Positions 26,929 through 40,833 of a stretch of 64,000 bases of DNA are shown here, piece by piece; the stretch's first letter is position 1, and every line of letters begins with the position of its first letter. The position numbers and the translations under genes were made by a program. The DNA is from Auanema rhodensis (taxonomy: Eukaryota > Animalia > Nematoda), in NCBI GenBank assembly GCA_964057225.1, contig OZ059897.1:22630001-22694000 (forward strand). The letters run 5' to 3'. The notes under the pieces were generated by a model, which did no database searches, was not told where the DNA came from, and was given only the letters and a program-made list of their open reading frames with translations.

Positions 26929-29900
26929 AAAGTCATGGTTACCATGCACCAATATCAATAAAAATTTGTTTTTAGACTAATATGGACATGGGGAATCTAA
27001 TTTTGAAAACCGCATCTCTTTATCTTTCACGTGAAGCGAGTTACATACCAAGTGCACATCACGTGTACATTTAATTAGCATAAATTAAAGTTCACGTAAA
27101 TTTCAAAGTCATGGTTACCATGCACCAATATCAATAAAAATTTGTTTTTAGACTAATATGGACATGGGGAATCTAATTTTGAAAACCGCATCTCTTTATC
27201 TTTCACGTGAAGCGAGTTACATACCAAGAGCACATCACGTGTACATTTAATTAGCATAAATTAAAGTTCACGTAAATTTCAAAGTCATGGTTACCATGAA
27301 GCAATATCAATAAAAATTTGTTTTTAGACTAATATGGACATGGGGAATCTAATTTTGAAAACCGCATCTCTTTATCTTTCACGTGAAGCGAGTTACATAC
27401 CAAGTGCACATCACGTGTACATTTAATTAGCATAAATTAAAGTTCACGTAAATTTCAAAGTCATGGTTACCATGAAGCAATATCAATAAAAATTTGTTTT
27501 TAGACTAATATGGACATGGGGAATCTAATTTTTGAAAACCGCATCTCTTTATCTTTCACGTGAAGCGAGTTACGTACCAAGTGCACATCACGTGTACATT
27601 TAATTAGCATTAATTAAAGTTCACGTAAATTTCAAAGTCATGGTTACCATGAACCAATATCAATAAAAATTTGTTTTTAGACTAATATGGACATGGGGAA
27701 TCTAATTTTGAACACCGCATCTCTTTATCTTTCACGTGAAGCGAGTTACATACCAAGTGCACATCACGTGTACATTTAATTAGCATAAATTAAAGTTCAC
27801 GTAAATTTCAAAGTCATGGTTACCATGCACCAATATCAATAAAAATTTGTTTTTAGACTAATATGGACATGGGGAATCTAATTTTGAAAACCGCATCTCT
27901 TTATCTTTCACGTGAAGCGAGTTACATACCAAGTGCACATCACGTGTTCATTTAATTAGCATAAATTAAAGTTCACGTAAATTTCAAAGTCATGGTTACC
28001 ATGCACCAATATCAATAAAAATTTGTTTTTAGACTAATATGGACATGGGGAATCTAATTTTGAAAACCGCATCTCTTTATCTTTCACGTGAAGCGAGTTA
28101 CATACCAAGTGCACATCACGTGTACATTTAATTAGCATAAATTAAAGTTCACGTAAATTTCAAAGTCATGGTTACCATGCACCAATATCAATAAAAATTT
28201 GTTTTTAGACTAATATGAACATGGGGAATCTAATTTTGAAAACCGCATCTCTTTATCTTTCACGTGAAGCGAGTTACATACCAAGTGCACATCACGTGTA
28301 CATTTAATTAGCATAAATTAAAGTTCACGTAAATTTCAAAGTCATGGTTACCATGAACCAATATCAATAAAAATTTGTTTTTAGACTAATATGGACATGG
28401 GGAATCTAATTTTGAAAACCGCATCTCTTCATCTTTCACGTGAAGCGAGTTACATACCGAGTGCACATCACGTGTACATTTAATTAGCATAAATTAAAGT
28501 TCACGTAAATTTCAAAGTCATGGTTACCATGCACAAATATCAATAAAAATTTGTTTTTAGACTAATATGGACATGGGGAATCTAATTTTGAAAACCGCAT
28601 CTCTTTATCTTTCACGTGAAGCGAGTTACATACCAAGTGCACATCACGTGTACATTTAATTAGCATAAATTAAAGTTCACGTAAATTTCAAAGTCATAGT
28701 TACCATGAAGCAATATCAATAAAAATTTGTTTTTAGACTAATATGGACATGGGGAATCTAATTTTGAAAACAGCATCTCTTTATCTTTCACGTGAAGCGA
28801 GTTACATACCAAGTGCACATCACGTGTACATTTATTTAGCATAAATTAAAGTTCACGTAAATTTCAAAGTCATGGTTACCATGAACCAATATCAATAAAA
28901 ATTTGTTTTTAGACTAATATGGACATGGGGAATCTAATTTTGAAAACCGCATTTCTTTATCTTTCACGTGAAGCGAGTTACATACCAAGAGCACATCACG
29001 TGTACATTTAATTAGCATAAATTAAAGTTCACGTAAATTTCAAAGTCATGGTTACCATGAAGCAATATCAATAAAAATTTGTTTTTAGACTAATATGGAC
29101 ATGGGGAATCTAATTTTGAAAACCGCATCTCTTTATCTTTCACGTGAAGCGAGTTACATACCAAGTGCACATCACGTGTACATTTAATTAGCATAAATTA
29201 AAGTTCACGTAAATTTCAAAGTCATGGTTACCATGAAGCAATATCAATAAAAATTTGTTTTTAGACTAATATGGACATGGGGAATCTAATTTTGAAAACC
29301 GCATCTCTTTATCTTTCACGTGAAGCGAGTTACATACCAAGTGCACATCACGTGTACATTTAATTAGCATAAATTAAAGTTCACGTAAATTTCAAAGTCA
29401 TGGTTACCATGAAGCAATATCAATAAAAATTTGTTTTTAGACTAATATGGACATGGGGAATCTAATTTTGAAAACCGCATCTCTTCATCTTTCACGTGAA
29501 GCGAGTTACATACCAAGTGCACATCACGTGTACATTTATTTAGCATAAATTAAAGTTCACGTAAATTTCAAAGTCATGGTTACCATGAACCAATATCAAT
29601 AAAAATTTGTTTTTAGACTAATATGGACATGGGGAATCTAATTTTGAAAACCGCATTTCTTTATCTTTCACGTGAAGCGAGTTACATACCAAGAGCACAT
29701 CACGTGTACATTTAATTAGCATAAATTAAAGTTCACGTAAATTTCAAAGTCATGGTTACCATGAAGCAATATCAATAAAAATTTGTTTTTAGACTAATAT
29801 GGACATGGGGAATCTAATTTTGAAAACCGCATCTCTTTATCTTTCACGTGAAGCGAGTTACATACCAAGTGCACATCACGTGTACATTTAATTAGCATAA

Positions 29901-32385
29901 ATTAAAGTTCACGTAAATTTCAAAGTCATGGTTACCATGAAGCAATATCAATAAAAATTTGTTTTTAGACTAATATGGACATGGGGAATCTAATTTTGAA
30001 AACCGCATCTCTTTATCTTTCACGTGAAGCGAGTTACATACCAAGTGCACATCACGTGTACATTTAATTAGCATAAATTAAAGTTCACGTAAATTTCAAA
30101 GTCATGGTTACCATGAAGCAATATCAATAAAAATTTGTTTTTAGACTAATATGGACATGGGGAATCTAATTTTGAAAACCGCATCTCTTCATCTTTCACG
30201 TGAAGCGAGTTACATACCAAGTGCACATCACGTGTACATTTAATTAGCATTAATTAAAGTTCACGTAAATTTCAAAGTCATGGTTACCATGAACCAATAT
30301 CAATAAAAATTTGTTTTTAGACTAATATAGACATGGGGAATCTAATTTTGAAAACCGCATCTCTTTATCTTTCACGTGAAGCGAGTTACATACCAAGTGC
30401 ACATCACGTGTACATTTATTTAGCATAAATTAAAGTTCACGTAAATTTCAAAGTCATGGTTACCATGAACCAATATCAATAAAAATTTGTTTTTAGACTA
30501 ATATGGACATGGGGAATCTAATTTTGAAAACCGCATTTCTTTATCTTTCACGTGAAGCGAGTTACATACCAAGAGCACATCACGTGTACATTTAATTAGC
30601 ATAAATTAAAGTTCACGTAAATTTCAAAGTCATGGTTACCATGAAGCAATATCAATAAAAATTTGTTTTTAGACTAATATGGACATGGGGAATCTAATTT
30701 TGAAAACCGCATCTCTTTATCTTTCACGTGAAGCGAGTTACATACCAAGTGCACATCACGTGTACATTTAATTAGCATAAATTAAAGTTCACGTAAATTT
30801 CAAAGTCATGGTTACCATGAAGCAATATCAATAAAAATTTGTTTTTAGACTAATATGGACATGGGGAATCTAATTTTGAAAACCGCATCTCTTTATCTTT
30901 CACGTGAAGCGAGTTACATACCAAGTGCACATCACGTGTACATTTAATTAGCATAAATTAAAGTTCACGTAAATTTCAAAGTCATGGTTACCATGAAGCA
31001 ATATCAATAAAAATTTGTTTTTAGACTAATATGGACATGGGGAATCTAATTTTGAAAACCGCATCTCTTCATCTTTCACGTGAAGCGAGTTACATACCAA
31101 GTGCACATCACGTGTACATTTAATTAGCATTAAGTAAAGTTCACGTAAATTTCAAAGTCATGGTTACCATGAACCAATATCAATAAAAATTTGTTTTTAG
31201 ACTAATATAGACATGGGGAATCTAATTTTGAAAACCGCATCTCTTTATCTTTCACGTGAAGCGAGTTACATACCAAGTGCACATCACGTGTACATTTAAT
31301 TAGCATAAATTAAAGTTCACGTAAATTTCAAAGTCATGGTTACCATGAACTAATATCAATAAAAATTTGTTTTTAGACTAATATGGACATGGGGAATCTA
31401 ATTTTGAAAACCGCATCTCTTTATCTTTCACGTGAAGCGAGTTACATACCAAGTGCACATCACGTGTACATTTAATTAGCATAAATTAAAGTTCACGTAA
31501 ATTTCAAAGTCATGGTTACCATGAACCAATATCAATAAAAATTTGTTTTTAGACTAATATGGACATGGGGAATCTAATTTTGAAAACCGCATCTCTTTAT
31601 CTTTCACGTGAAGCGAGTTACATACCAAGTGCACATCACGTGTACATTTAATTAGCATAAATTAAAGTTCACGTAAATTTCAAAGTCATGGTTACCATGC
31701 ACAAATATCAATAAAAATTTGTTTTTAGACTAATATGGACATGGGGAATCTAATTTTGAAAACCGCATCTCTTTATCTTTCACGTGAAGCGAGTTACATA
31801 CCAAGTGCACATCACGTGTACATTTATTTAGCATAAATTAAAGTTCACGTAAATTTCAAAGTCATGGTTACCATGAACCAATATCAATAAAAATTTGTTT
31901 TTAGACTAATATGGATATGGGGAATCTAATTTTGAAAACCGCATTTCTTTATCTTTCACGTGAAGCGAGTTACATACCAAGAGCACATCACGTGTACATT
32001 TAATTAGCATAAATTAAAGTTCACGTAAATTTCAAAGTCATGGTTACCATGAAGCAATATCAATAAAAATTTGTTTTTAGACTAATATGGACATGGGGAA
32101 TCTAATTTTGAAAACCGCATCTCTTTATCTTTCACGTGAAGCGAGTTACATACCAAGTGCACATCACGTGTACATTTAATTAGCATAAATTAAAGTTCAC
32201 GTAAATTTCAAAGTCATGGTTACCATGAAGCAATATCAATAAAAATTTGTTTTTAGACTAATATGGACATGGGGAATCTAATTTTGAAAACCGCATCTCT
32301 TTATCTTTCACGTGAAGCGAGTTACATACCAAGTGCACATCACGTGTACATTTAATTAGCATAAATTAAAGTTCACGTAAATTTC

Positions 32386-35300
32386 AAAGTCATGGTTACC
32401 ATGAACCAATATCAATAAAAATTTGTTTTTAGACTAATATGGACATGGGGAATCTAATTTTGAAAACCGCATCTCTTTATCTTTCACGTGAAGCGAGTTA
32501 CATACCAAGTGCACATCACGTGTACATTTAATTAGCATAAATTAAAGTTCACGTAAATTTCAAAGTCATGGTTACCATGCACCAATATCAATAAAAATTT
32601 GTTTTTAGACTAATATGGACATGGGGAATCTAATTTTGAAAACCGCATCTCTTTATCTTTCACGTGAAGCGAGTTACATACCAAGTGCACATCACGTGTA
32701 CATTTAATTAGCATAAATTAAAGTTCACGTAAATTTCAAAGTCATGGTTACCATGAACCAATATCAATAAAAATTTGTTTTTAGACTAATATGGACATGA
32801 GGAATCTAATTTTGAAAACCGCATCTCTTCATCTTTCACGTGAAGCGAGTTACATACCAAGTGCACATCACGTGTACATTTAATTAGCATAAATTAAAGT
32901 TAAGGTAAATTTCAAAGTCATGGTTACCATTCACCAATATCAATAAAAATTTGTTTTTAGACTAATATGGACATGGGGAATCTAATTTTGAAAACCGCAT
33001 CTCTTTATCTTTCACGTGAAGCGAGTTACATACCAAGTGCACATCACGTGTACATTTAATTAGCATAAATTAAAGTTCACGTAAATTTCAAAGTCATGGT
33101 TACCATGCACCAATATCAATAAAAATTTGTTTTTAGACTAATATGGACATGAGGAATCTAATTTTGAAAACCGCATCTCTTTATCTTTCACGTGAAGCGA
33201 GTTACATACCAAGTGCACATCACGTGTACATTTAATTAGCATAAATTAAAGTTCACGTAAATTTCAAAGTCATGGTTACCATGAAGCAATATCAATAAAA
33301 ATTTGTTTTTAGACTAATATGGACATGGGGAATCTAATTTTGAAAACCGCATCTCTTTATCTTTCACGTGAAGCGAGTTACATACCAAGTGCACATCACG
33401 TGTACATTTAATTAGCATAAATTAAAGTTCACGTAAATTTCAAAGTCATGGTTACCATGAACCAATATCAATAAAAATTTGTTTTTAGACTAATATGGAC
33501 ATGGGGAATCTAATTTTGAAAACCGCATCTCTTTATCTTTCACGTGAAGCGAGTTACATACCAAGTGCACATCACGTGTACATTTAATTAGCATAAATTA
33601 AAGTTCACGTAAATTTCAAAGTCATGGTTACCATTAACTAATATCAATAAAAATTTGTTTTTAGACTAATATGGACATGGGGAATCTAATTTTGAAAACC
33701 GCATCTCTTTATCTTTCACGTGAAGCGAGTTACATACCAAGTGCACATCACGTGTACATTTAATTAGCATAAATTAAAGTTCACGTAAATTTCAAAGTCA
33801 TGGTTACCATGAACCAATATCAATAAAAATTTGTTTTTAGACTAATATGGACATGGGGAATCTAATTTTGAAAACCGCATCTCTTTATCTTTCACGTGAA
33901 GCGAGTTACATACCAAGTGCACATCACGTGTACATTTAATTAGCATAAATTAAAGTTCACGTAAATTTCAAAGTCATGGTTACCATGAACTAATATCAAT
34001 AAAAATTTGTTTTTAGACTAATATGGACATGGGGAATCTAATTTTGAAAACCGCATCTCTTTATCTTTCACGTGAAGCGAGTTACATACCAAGTGCACAT
34101 CACGTGTACATTTAATTAGCATAAATTAAAGTTCACGTAAATTTCAAAGTCATGGTTACCATGAACCAATATCAATAAAAATTTGTTTTTAGACTAATAT
34201 GGACAAGGGGAATCTAATTTTGAAAACCGCATCTCTTTATCTTTCACGTGAAGCGAGTTACATACCAAGTGCACATCACGTGTACATTTAATTAGCATAA
34301 ATTAAAGTTCACGTAAATTTCAAAGTCATGGTTACCATGAACCAATATCAATAAAAATTTGTTTTTAGACTAATATGGACATGGGGAATCTAATTTTGAA
34401 AACCGCATCTCTTTATCTTTCACGTGAAGCGAGTTACATACCAAGTGCACATCACGTGTACATTTAATTAGCATAAATTAAAGTTCACGTAAATTTCAAA
34501 GTCATGGTTACCATGAACCAATATCAATAAAAATTTGTTTTTAGACTAATATGGACATGGGGAATCTAATTTTGAAAACCGCATCTCTTTATCTTTCACG
34601 TGAAGCGAGTTACATACCAAGTGCACATCACGTGTACATTTAATTAGCATAAATTAAAGTTCACGTAAATTTCAAAGTCATGGTTACCATGCACCAATAT
34701 CAATAAAAATTTGTTTTTAGACTAATATGGACATGGGGAATCTAATTTTGAAAACCGCATCTCTTTATCTTTCACGTGAAGCGAGTTACATACCAAGTGC
34801 ACATCACGTGTACATTTAATTAGCATAAATTAAAGTTCACGTAAATTTCAAAGTCATGGTTACCATGAACCAATATCAATAAAAATTTGTTTTTAGACTA
34901 ATATGGACATGGGGAATCTAATTTTGAAAACCGCATCTCTTCATCTTTCACGTGAAGCGAGTTACATACCAAGTGCACATCACGTGTACATTTAATTAGC
35001 ATAAATTAAAGTTCACGTAAATTTCAAAGTCATGGTTACCATGCACCAATATCAATAAAAATTTGTTTTTAGACTAATATGGACATGGGGAATCTAATTT
35101 TGAAAACCGCATCTCTTTTTCTTTCACGTGAAGCGAGTTACATACCAAGTGCACATCACGTGTACATTTAATTAGCATAAATTAAAGTTCACGTAAATTT
35201 CAAAGTCATGGTTACCATGAACCAATATCAATAAAAATTTGTTTTTAGACTAATATGGACATGGGGAATCTAATTTTGAAAACCGCATCTCTTTATCTTT

Positions 35301-38300
35301 CACGTGAAGCGAGTTACATACCAAGTGCACATCACGTGTACATTTAATTAGCATAAATTAAAGTTCACGTAAATTTCAAAGTCATGGTTACCATGTACCA
35401 ATATCAATAAAAATTTGTTTTTAGACTAATATGGACATGGGGAATCTAATTTTGAAAACCGCATCTCTTTATCTTTCACGTGAAGCGAGTTACATACCAA
35501 GTGCACATCACGTGTACATTTAATTAGCATAAATTAAAGTTCACGTAAATTTCAAAGTCATGGTTACCATGAACCAATATCAATAAAAATTTGTTTTTAG
35601 ACTAATATGGACATGGGGAATCTAATTTTGAAAACCGCATCTCTTTATCTTTCACGTGAAGCGAGTTACATACCAAGTGCACATCACGTGTACATTTAAT
35701 TAGCATAAATTAAAGTTCACGTAAATTTCAAAGTCATGGTTACCATGCACCAATATCAATAAAAATTTGTTTTTAGACTAATATGGACATGGGGAATCTA
35801 ATTTTGAAAACCGCATCTCTTTATCTTTCACGTGAAGCGAGTTACATACCAAGTGCACATCACGTGTACATTTAATTAGCATAAATTAAAGTTCACGTAA
35901 ATTTCAAAGTCATGGTTACCATGAACCAATATCAATAAAAATTTGTTTTTAGACTAATATGGACATGAGGAATCTAATTTTGAAAACCGCATCTCTTCAT
36001 CTTTCACGTGAAGCGAGTTACATACCAAGTGCACATCACGTGTACATTTAATTAGCATAAATTAAAGTTAAGGTAAATTTCAAAGTCATGGTTACCATTC
36101 ACCAATATCAATAAAAATTTGTTTTTAGACTAATATGGACATGGGGAATCTAATTTTGAAAACCGCATCTCTTTATCTTTCACGTGAAGCGAGTTACATA
36201 CCAAGTGCACATCACGTGTACATTTAATTAGCATAAATTAAAGTTCACGTAAATTTCAAAGTCATGGTTACCATGCACCAATATCAATAAAAATTTATTT
36301 TTAGACTAATATGGACATGAGGAATCTAATTTTGAAAACCGCATCTCTTTATCTTTCACGTGAAGCGAGTTACATACCAAGTGCACATCACGTGTACATT
36401 TAATTAGCATAAATTAAAGTTCACGTAAATTTCAAAGTCATGGTTACCATGAAGCAATATCAATAAAAATTTGTTTTTAGACTAATATGGACATGGGGAA
36501 TCTAATTTTGAAAACCGCATCTCTTTATCTTTCACGTGAAGCGAGTTACATACCAAGTGCACATCACGTGTACATTTAATTAGCATAAATTAAAGTTCAC
36601 GTAAATTTCAAAGTCATGGTTACCATGAACCAATATCAATAAAAATTTGTTTTTAGACTAATATGGACATGGGGAATCTAATTTTGAAAACCGCATCTCT
36701 TTATCTTTCACGTGAAGCGAGTTACATACCAAGTGCACATCACGTGTACATTTAATTAGCATAAATTAAAGTTCACGTAAATTTCAAAGTCATGGTTACC
36801 ATGAACTAATATCAATAAAAATTTGTTTTTAGACTAATATGGACATGGGGAATCTAATTTTGAAAACCGCATCTCTTTATCTTTCACGTGAAGCGAGTTA
36901 CATACCAAGTGCACATCACGTGTACATTTAATTAGCATAAATTAAAGTTCACGTAAATTTCAAAGTCATGGTTACCATGAACCAATATCAATAAAAATTT
37001 GTTTTTAGACTAATATGGACATGGGGAATCTAATTTTGAAAACCGCATCTCTTTATCTTTCACGTGAAGCGAGTTACATACCAAGTGCACATCACGTGTA
37101 CATTTAATTAGCATAAATTAAAGTTCACGTAAATTTCAAAGTCATGGTTACCATGAACTAATATCAATAAAAATTTGTTTTTAGACTAATATGGACATGG
37201 GGAATCTAATTTTGAAAACCGCATCTCTTTATCTTTCACGTGAAGCGAGTTACATACCAAGTGCACATCACGTGTACATTTAATTAGCATAAATTAAAGT
37301 TCACGTAAATTTCAAAGTCATGGTTACCATGAACCAATATCAATAAAAATTTGTTTTTAGACTAATATGGACATGGGGAATCTAATTTTGAAAACCGCAT
37401 CTCTTTATCTTTCACGTGAAGCGAGTTACATACCAAGTGCACATCACGTGTACATTTAATTAGCATAAATTAAAGTTCACGTAAATTTCAAAGTCATGGT
37501 TACCATGAACCAATATCAATAAAAATTTGTTTTTAGACTAATATGGACATGGGGAATCTAATTTTGAAAACCGCATCTCTTTATCTTTCACGTGAAGCGA
37601 GTTACATACCAAGTGCACATCACGTGTACATTTAATTAGCATAAATTAAAGTTCACGTAAATTTCAAAGTCATGGTTACCATGAACCAATATCAATAAAA
37701 ATTTGTTTTTAGACTAATATGGACATGGGGAATCTAATTTTGAAAACCGCATCTCTTTATCTTTCACGTGAAGCGAGTTACATACCAAGTGCACATCACG
37801 TGTACATTTAATTAGCATAAATTAAAGTTCACGTAAATTTCAAAGTCATGGTTACCATGCACCAATATCAATAAAAATTTGTTTTTAGACTAATATGGAC
37901 ATGGGGAATCTAATTTTGAAAACCGCATCTCTTTATCTTTCACGTGAAGCGAGTTACATACCAAGTGCACATCACGTGTACATTTAATTAGCATAAATTA
38001 AAGTTCACGTAAATTTCAAAGTCATGGTTACCATGAACCAATATCAATAAAAATTTGTTTTTAGACTAATATGGACATGGGGAATCTAATTTTGAAAACC
38101 GCATCTCTTCATCTTTCACGTGAAGCGAGTTACATACCAAGTGCACATCACGTGTACATTTAATTAGCATAAATTAAAGTTCACGTAAATTTCAAAGTCA
38201 TGGTTACCATGCACCAATATCAATAAAAATTTGTTTTTAGACTAATATGGACATGAGGAATCTAATTTCGAAAACCGCATCTTTTTTTCTTTCACGTGAA

Positions 38301-38369
38301 GCGAGTTACATACCAAGTGCACATCACGTGTACATTTAATTAGCATAAATTAAAGTTCACGTAAATTTC
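32386..38369 (+). repeat. Local higher-order duplication, period 18 monomers (3168 bp)
   Basis: The variant order of monomers 185-200 is repeated in 203-218. The TTAAGGT marker lies at 32902 and 36070. Confidence 0.78.
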
Positions 38370-40833
38370 AAAGTCATGGTTACCATGCACCAATATCAAT
38401 AAAAATTTGTTTTTAGACTAATATGGACATGGGGAATCTAATTTTGAAAACCGCATCTCTTTATCTTTCACGTGAAGCGAGTTACATACCAAGTGCACAT
38501 CACGTGTACAATTAATTAGCATAAATTAAAGTTCACGTAAATTTCAAAGTCATGGTTACCATGAAGCAATATCAATAAAAATTTGTTTTTAGACTAATAT
38601 GGACATGGGGAATCTAATTTTGAAAACCACATCTCTTTATCTTTCACGTGAAGCGAGTTACATACCAAGTGCACATCACGTGTACATTTAATTAGCATAA
38701 ATTAAAGTTCACGTAAATTTCAAAGTCATGGTTACCATGAACCAATATCAATAAAAATTTGTTTTTAGACTAATATGGACATGGGGAATCTAATTTTGAA
38801 AACCGCATCTCTTTATCTTTCACGTGAAGCGAGTTACATACCAAGTGCACATCACGTGTACATTTAATTAGCATAAATTAAAGTTCACGTAAATTTCAAA
38901 GTCATGGTTACCATGAACTAATATCAATAAAAATTTGTTTTTAGACTAATATGGACATGGGGAATCTAATTTTGAAAACCGCATCTCTTTTTCTTTCACG
39001 TGAAGCGAGTTACATACCAAGTGCACATCACGTGTACATTTAATTAGCATAAATTAAAGTTCACGTAAATTTCAAAGTCATGGTTACCATGAACCAATAT
39101 CAATAAAAATTTGTTTTTAGACTAATATGGACATGGGGAATCTAATTTTGAAAACCGCATCTCTTTATCTTTCACGTGAAGCGAGTTACATACCAAGTGC
39201 ACATCACGTGTACATTTAATTAGCATAAATTAAAGTTCACGTAAATTTCAAAGTCATGGTTACCATGTACCAATATCAATAAAAATTTGTTTTTAGACTA
39301 ATATGGACATGGGGAATCTAATTTTGAAAACCGCATCTCTTTATCTTTCACGTGAAGCGAGTTACATACCAAGTGCACATCACGTGTACATTTAATTAGC
39401 ATAAATTAAAGTTCACGTAAATTTCAAAGTCATGGTTACCATGAACCAATATCAATAAAAATTTGTTTTTAGACTAATATGGACATGGGGAATCTAATTT
39501 TGAAAACCGCATCTCTTTATCTTTCACGTGAAGCGAGTTACATACCAAGTGCACATCACGTGTACATTTAATTAGCATAAATTAAAGTTCACGTAAATTT
39601 CAAAGTCATGGTTACCATGAACTAATATCAATAAAAATTTGTTTTTAGACTAATATGGACATGGGGAATCTAATTTTGAAAACCGCATCTCTTTATCTTT
39701 CACGTGAAGCGAGTTACATACCAAGTGCACATCACGTGTACATTTAATTAGCATAAATTAAAGTTCACGTAAATTTCAAAGTCATGGTTACCATGAACTA
39801 ATATCAATAAAAATTTGTTTTTAGACTAATATGGACATGGGGAATCTAATTTTGAAAACCGCATCTCTTTATCTTTCACGTGAAGCGAGTTACATACCAA
39901 GTGCACATCACGTGTACATTTAATTAGCATAAATTAAAGTTCACGTAAATTTCAAAGTCATGGTTACCATGAACCAATATCAATAAAAATTTGTTTTTAG
40001 ACTAATATGGACATGGGGAATCTAATTTTGAAAACCGCATCTCTTTATCTTTCACGTGAAGCGAGTTACATACCAAGTGCACATCACGTGTACATTTAAT
40101 TAGCATAAATTAAAGTTCACGTAAATTTCAAAGTCATGGTTACCATGCACCAATATCAATAAAAATTTATTTTTAGACTAATATGGACATGAGGAATCTA
40201 ATTTTGAAAACCGCATCTCTTTATCTTTCACGTGAAGCGAGTTACATACCAAGTGCACATCACGTGTACATTTAATTAGCATAAATTAAAGTTCACGTAA
40301 ATTTCAAAGTCATGGTTACCATGAAGCAATATCAATAAAAATTTGTTTTTAGACTAATATGGACATGGGGAATCTAATTTTGAAAACCGCATCTCTTTAT
40401 CTTTCACGTGAAGCGAGTTACATACCAAGTGCACATCACGTGTACATTTAATTAGCATAAATTAAAGTTCACGTAAATTTCAAAGTCATGGTTACCATGA
40501 ACCAATATCAATAAAAATTTGTTTTTAGACTAATATGGACATGGGGAATCTAATTTTGAAAACCGCATCTCTTTATCTTTCACGTGAAGCGAGTTACATA
40601 CCAAGTGCACATCACGTGTACATTTAATTAGCATAAATTAAAGTTCACGTAAATTTCAAAGTCATGGTTACCATGAACTAATATCAATAAAAATTTGTTT
40701 TTAGACTAATATGGACATGGGGAATCTAATTTTGAAAACCGCATCTCTTTATCTTTCACGTGAAGCGAGTTACATACCAAGTGCACATCACGTGTACATT
40801 TAATTAGCATAAATTAAAGTTCACGTAAATTTC

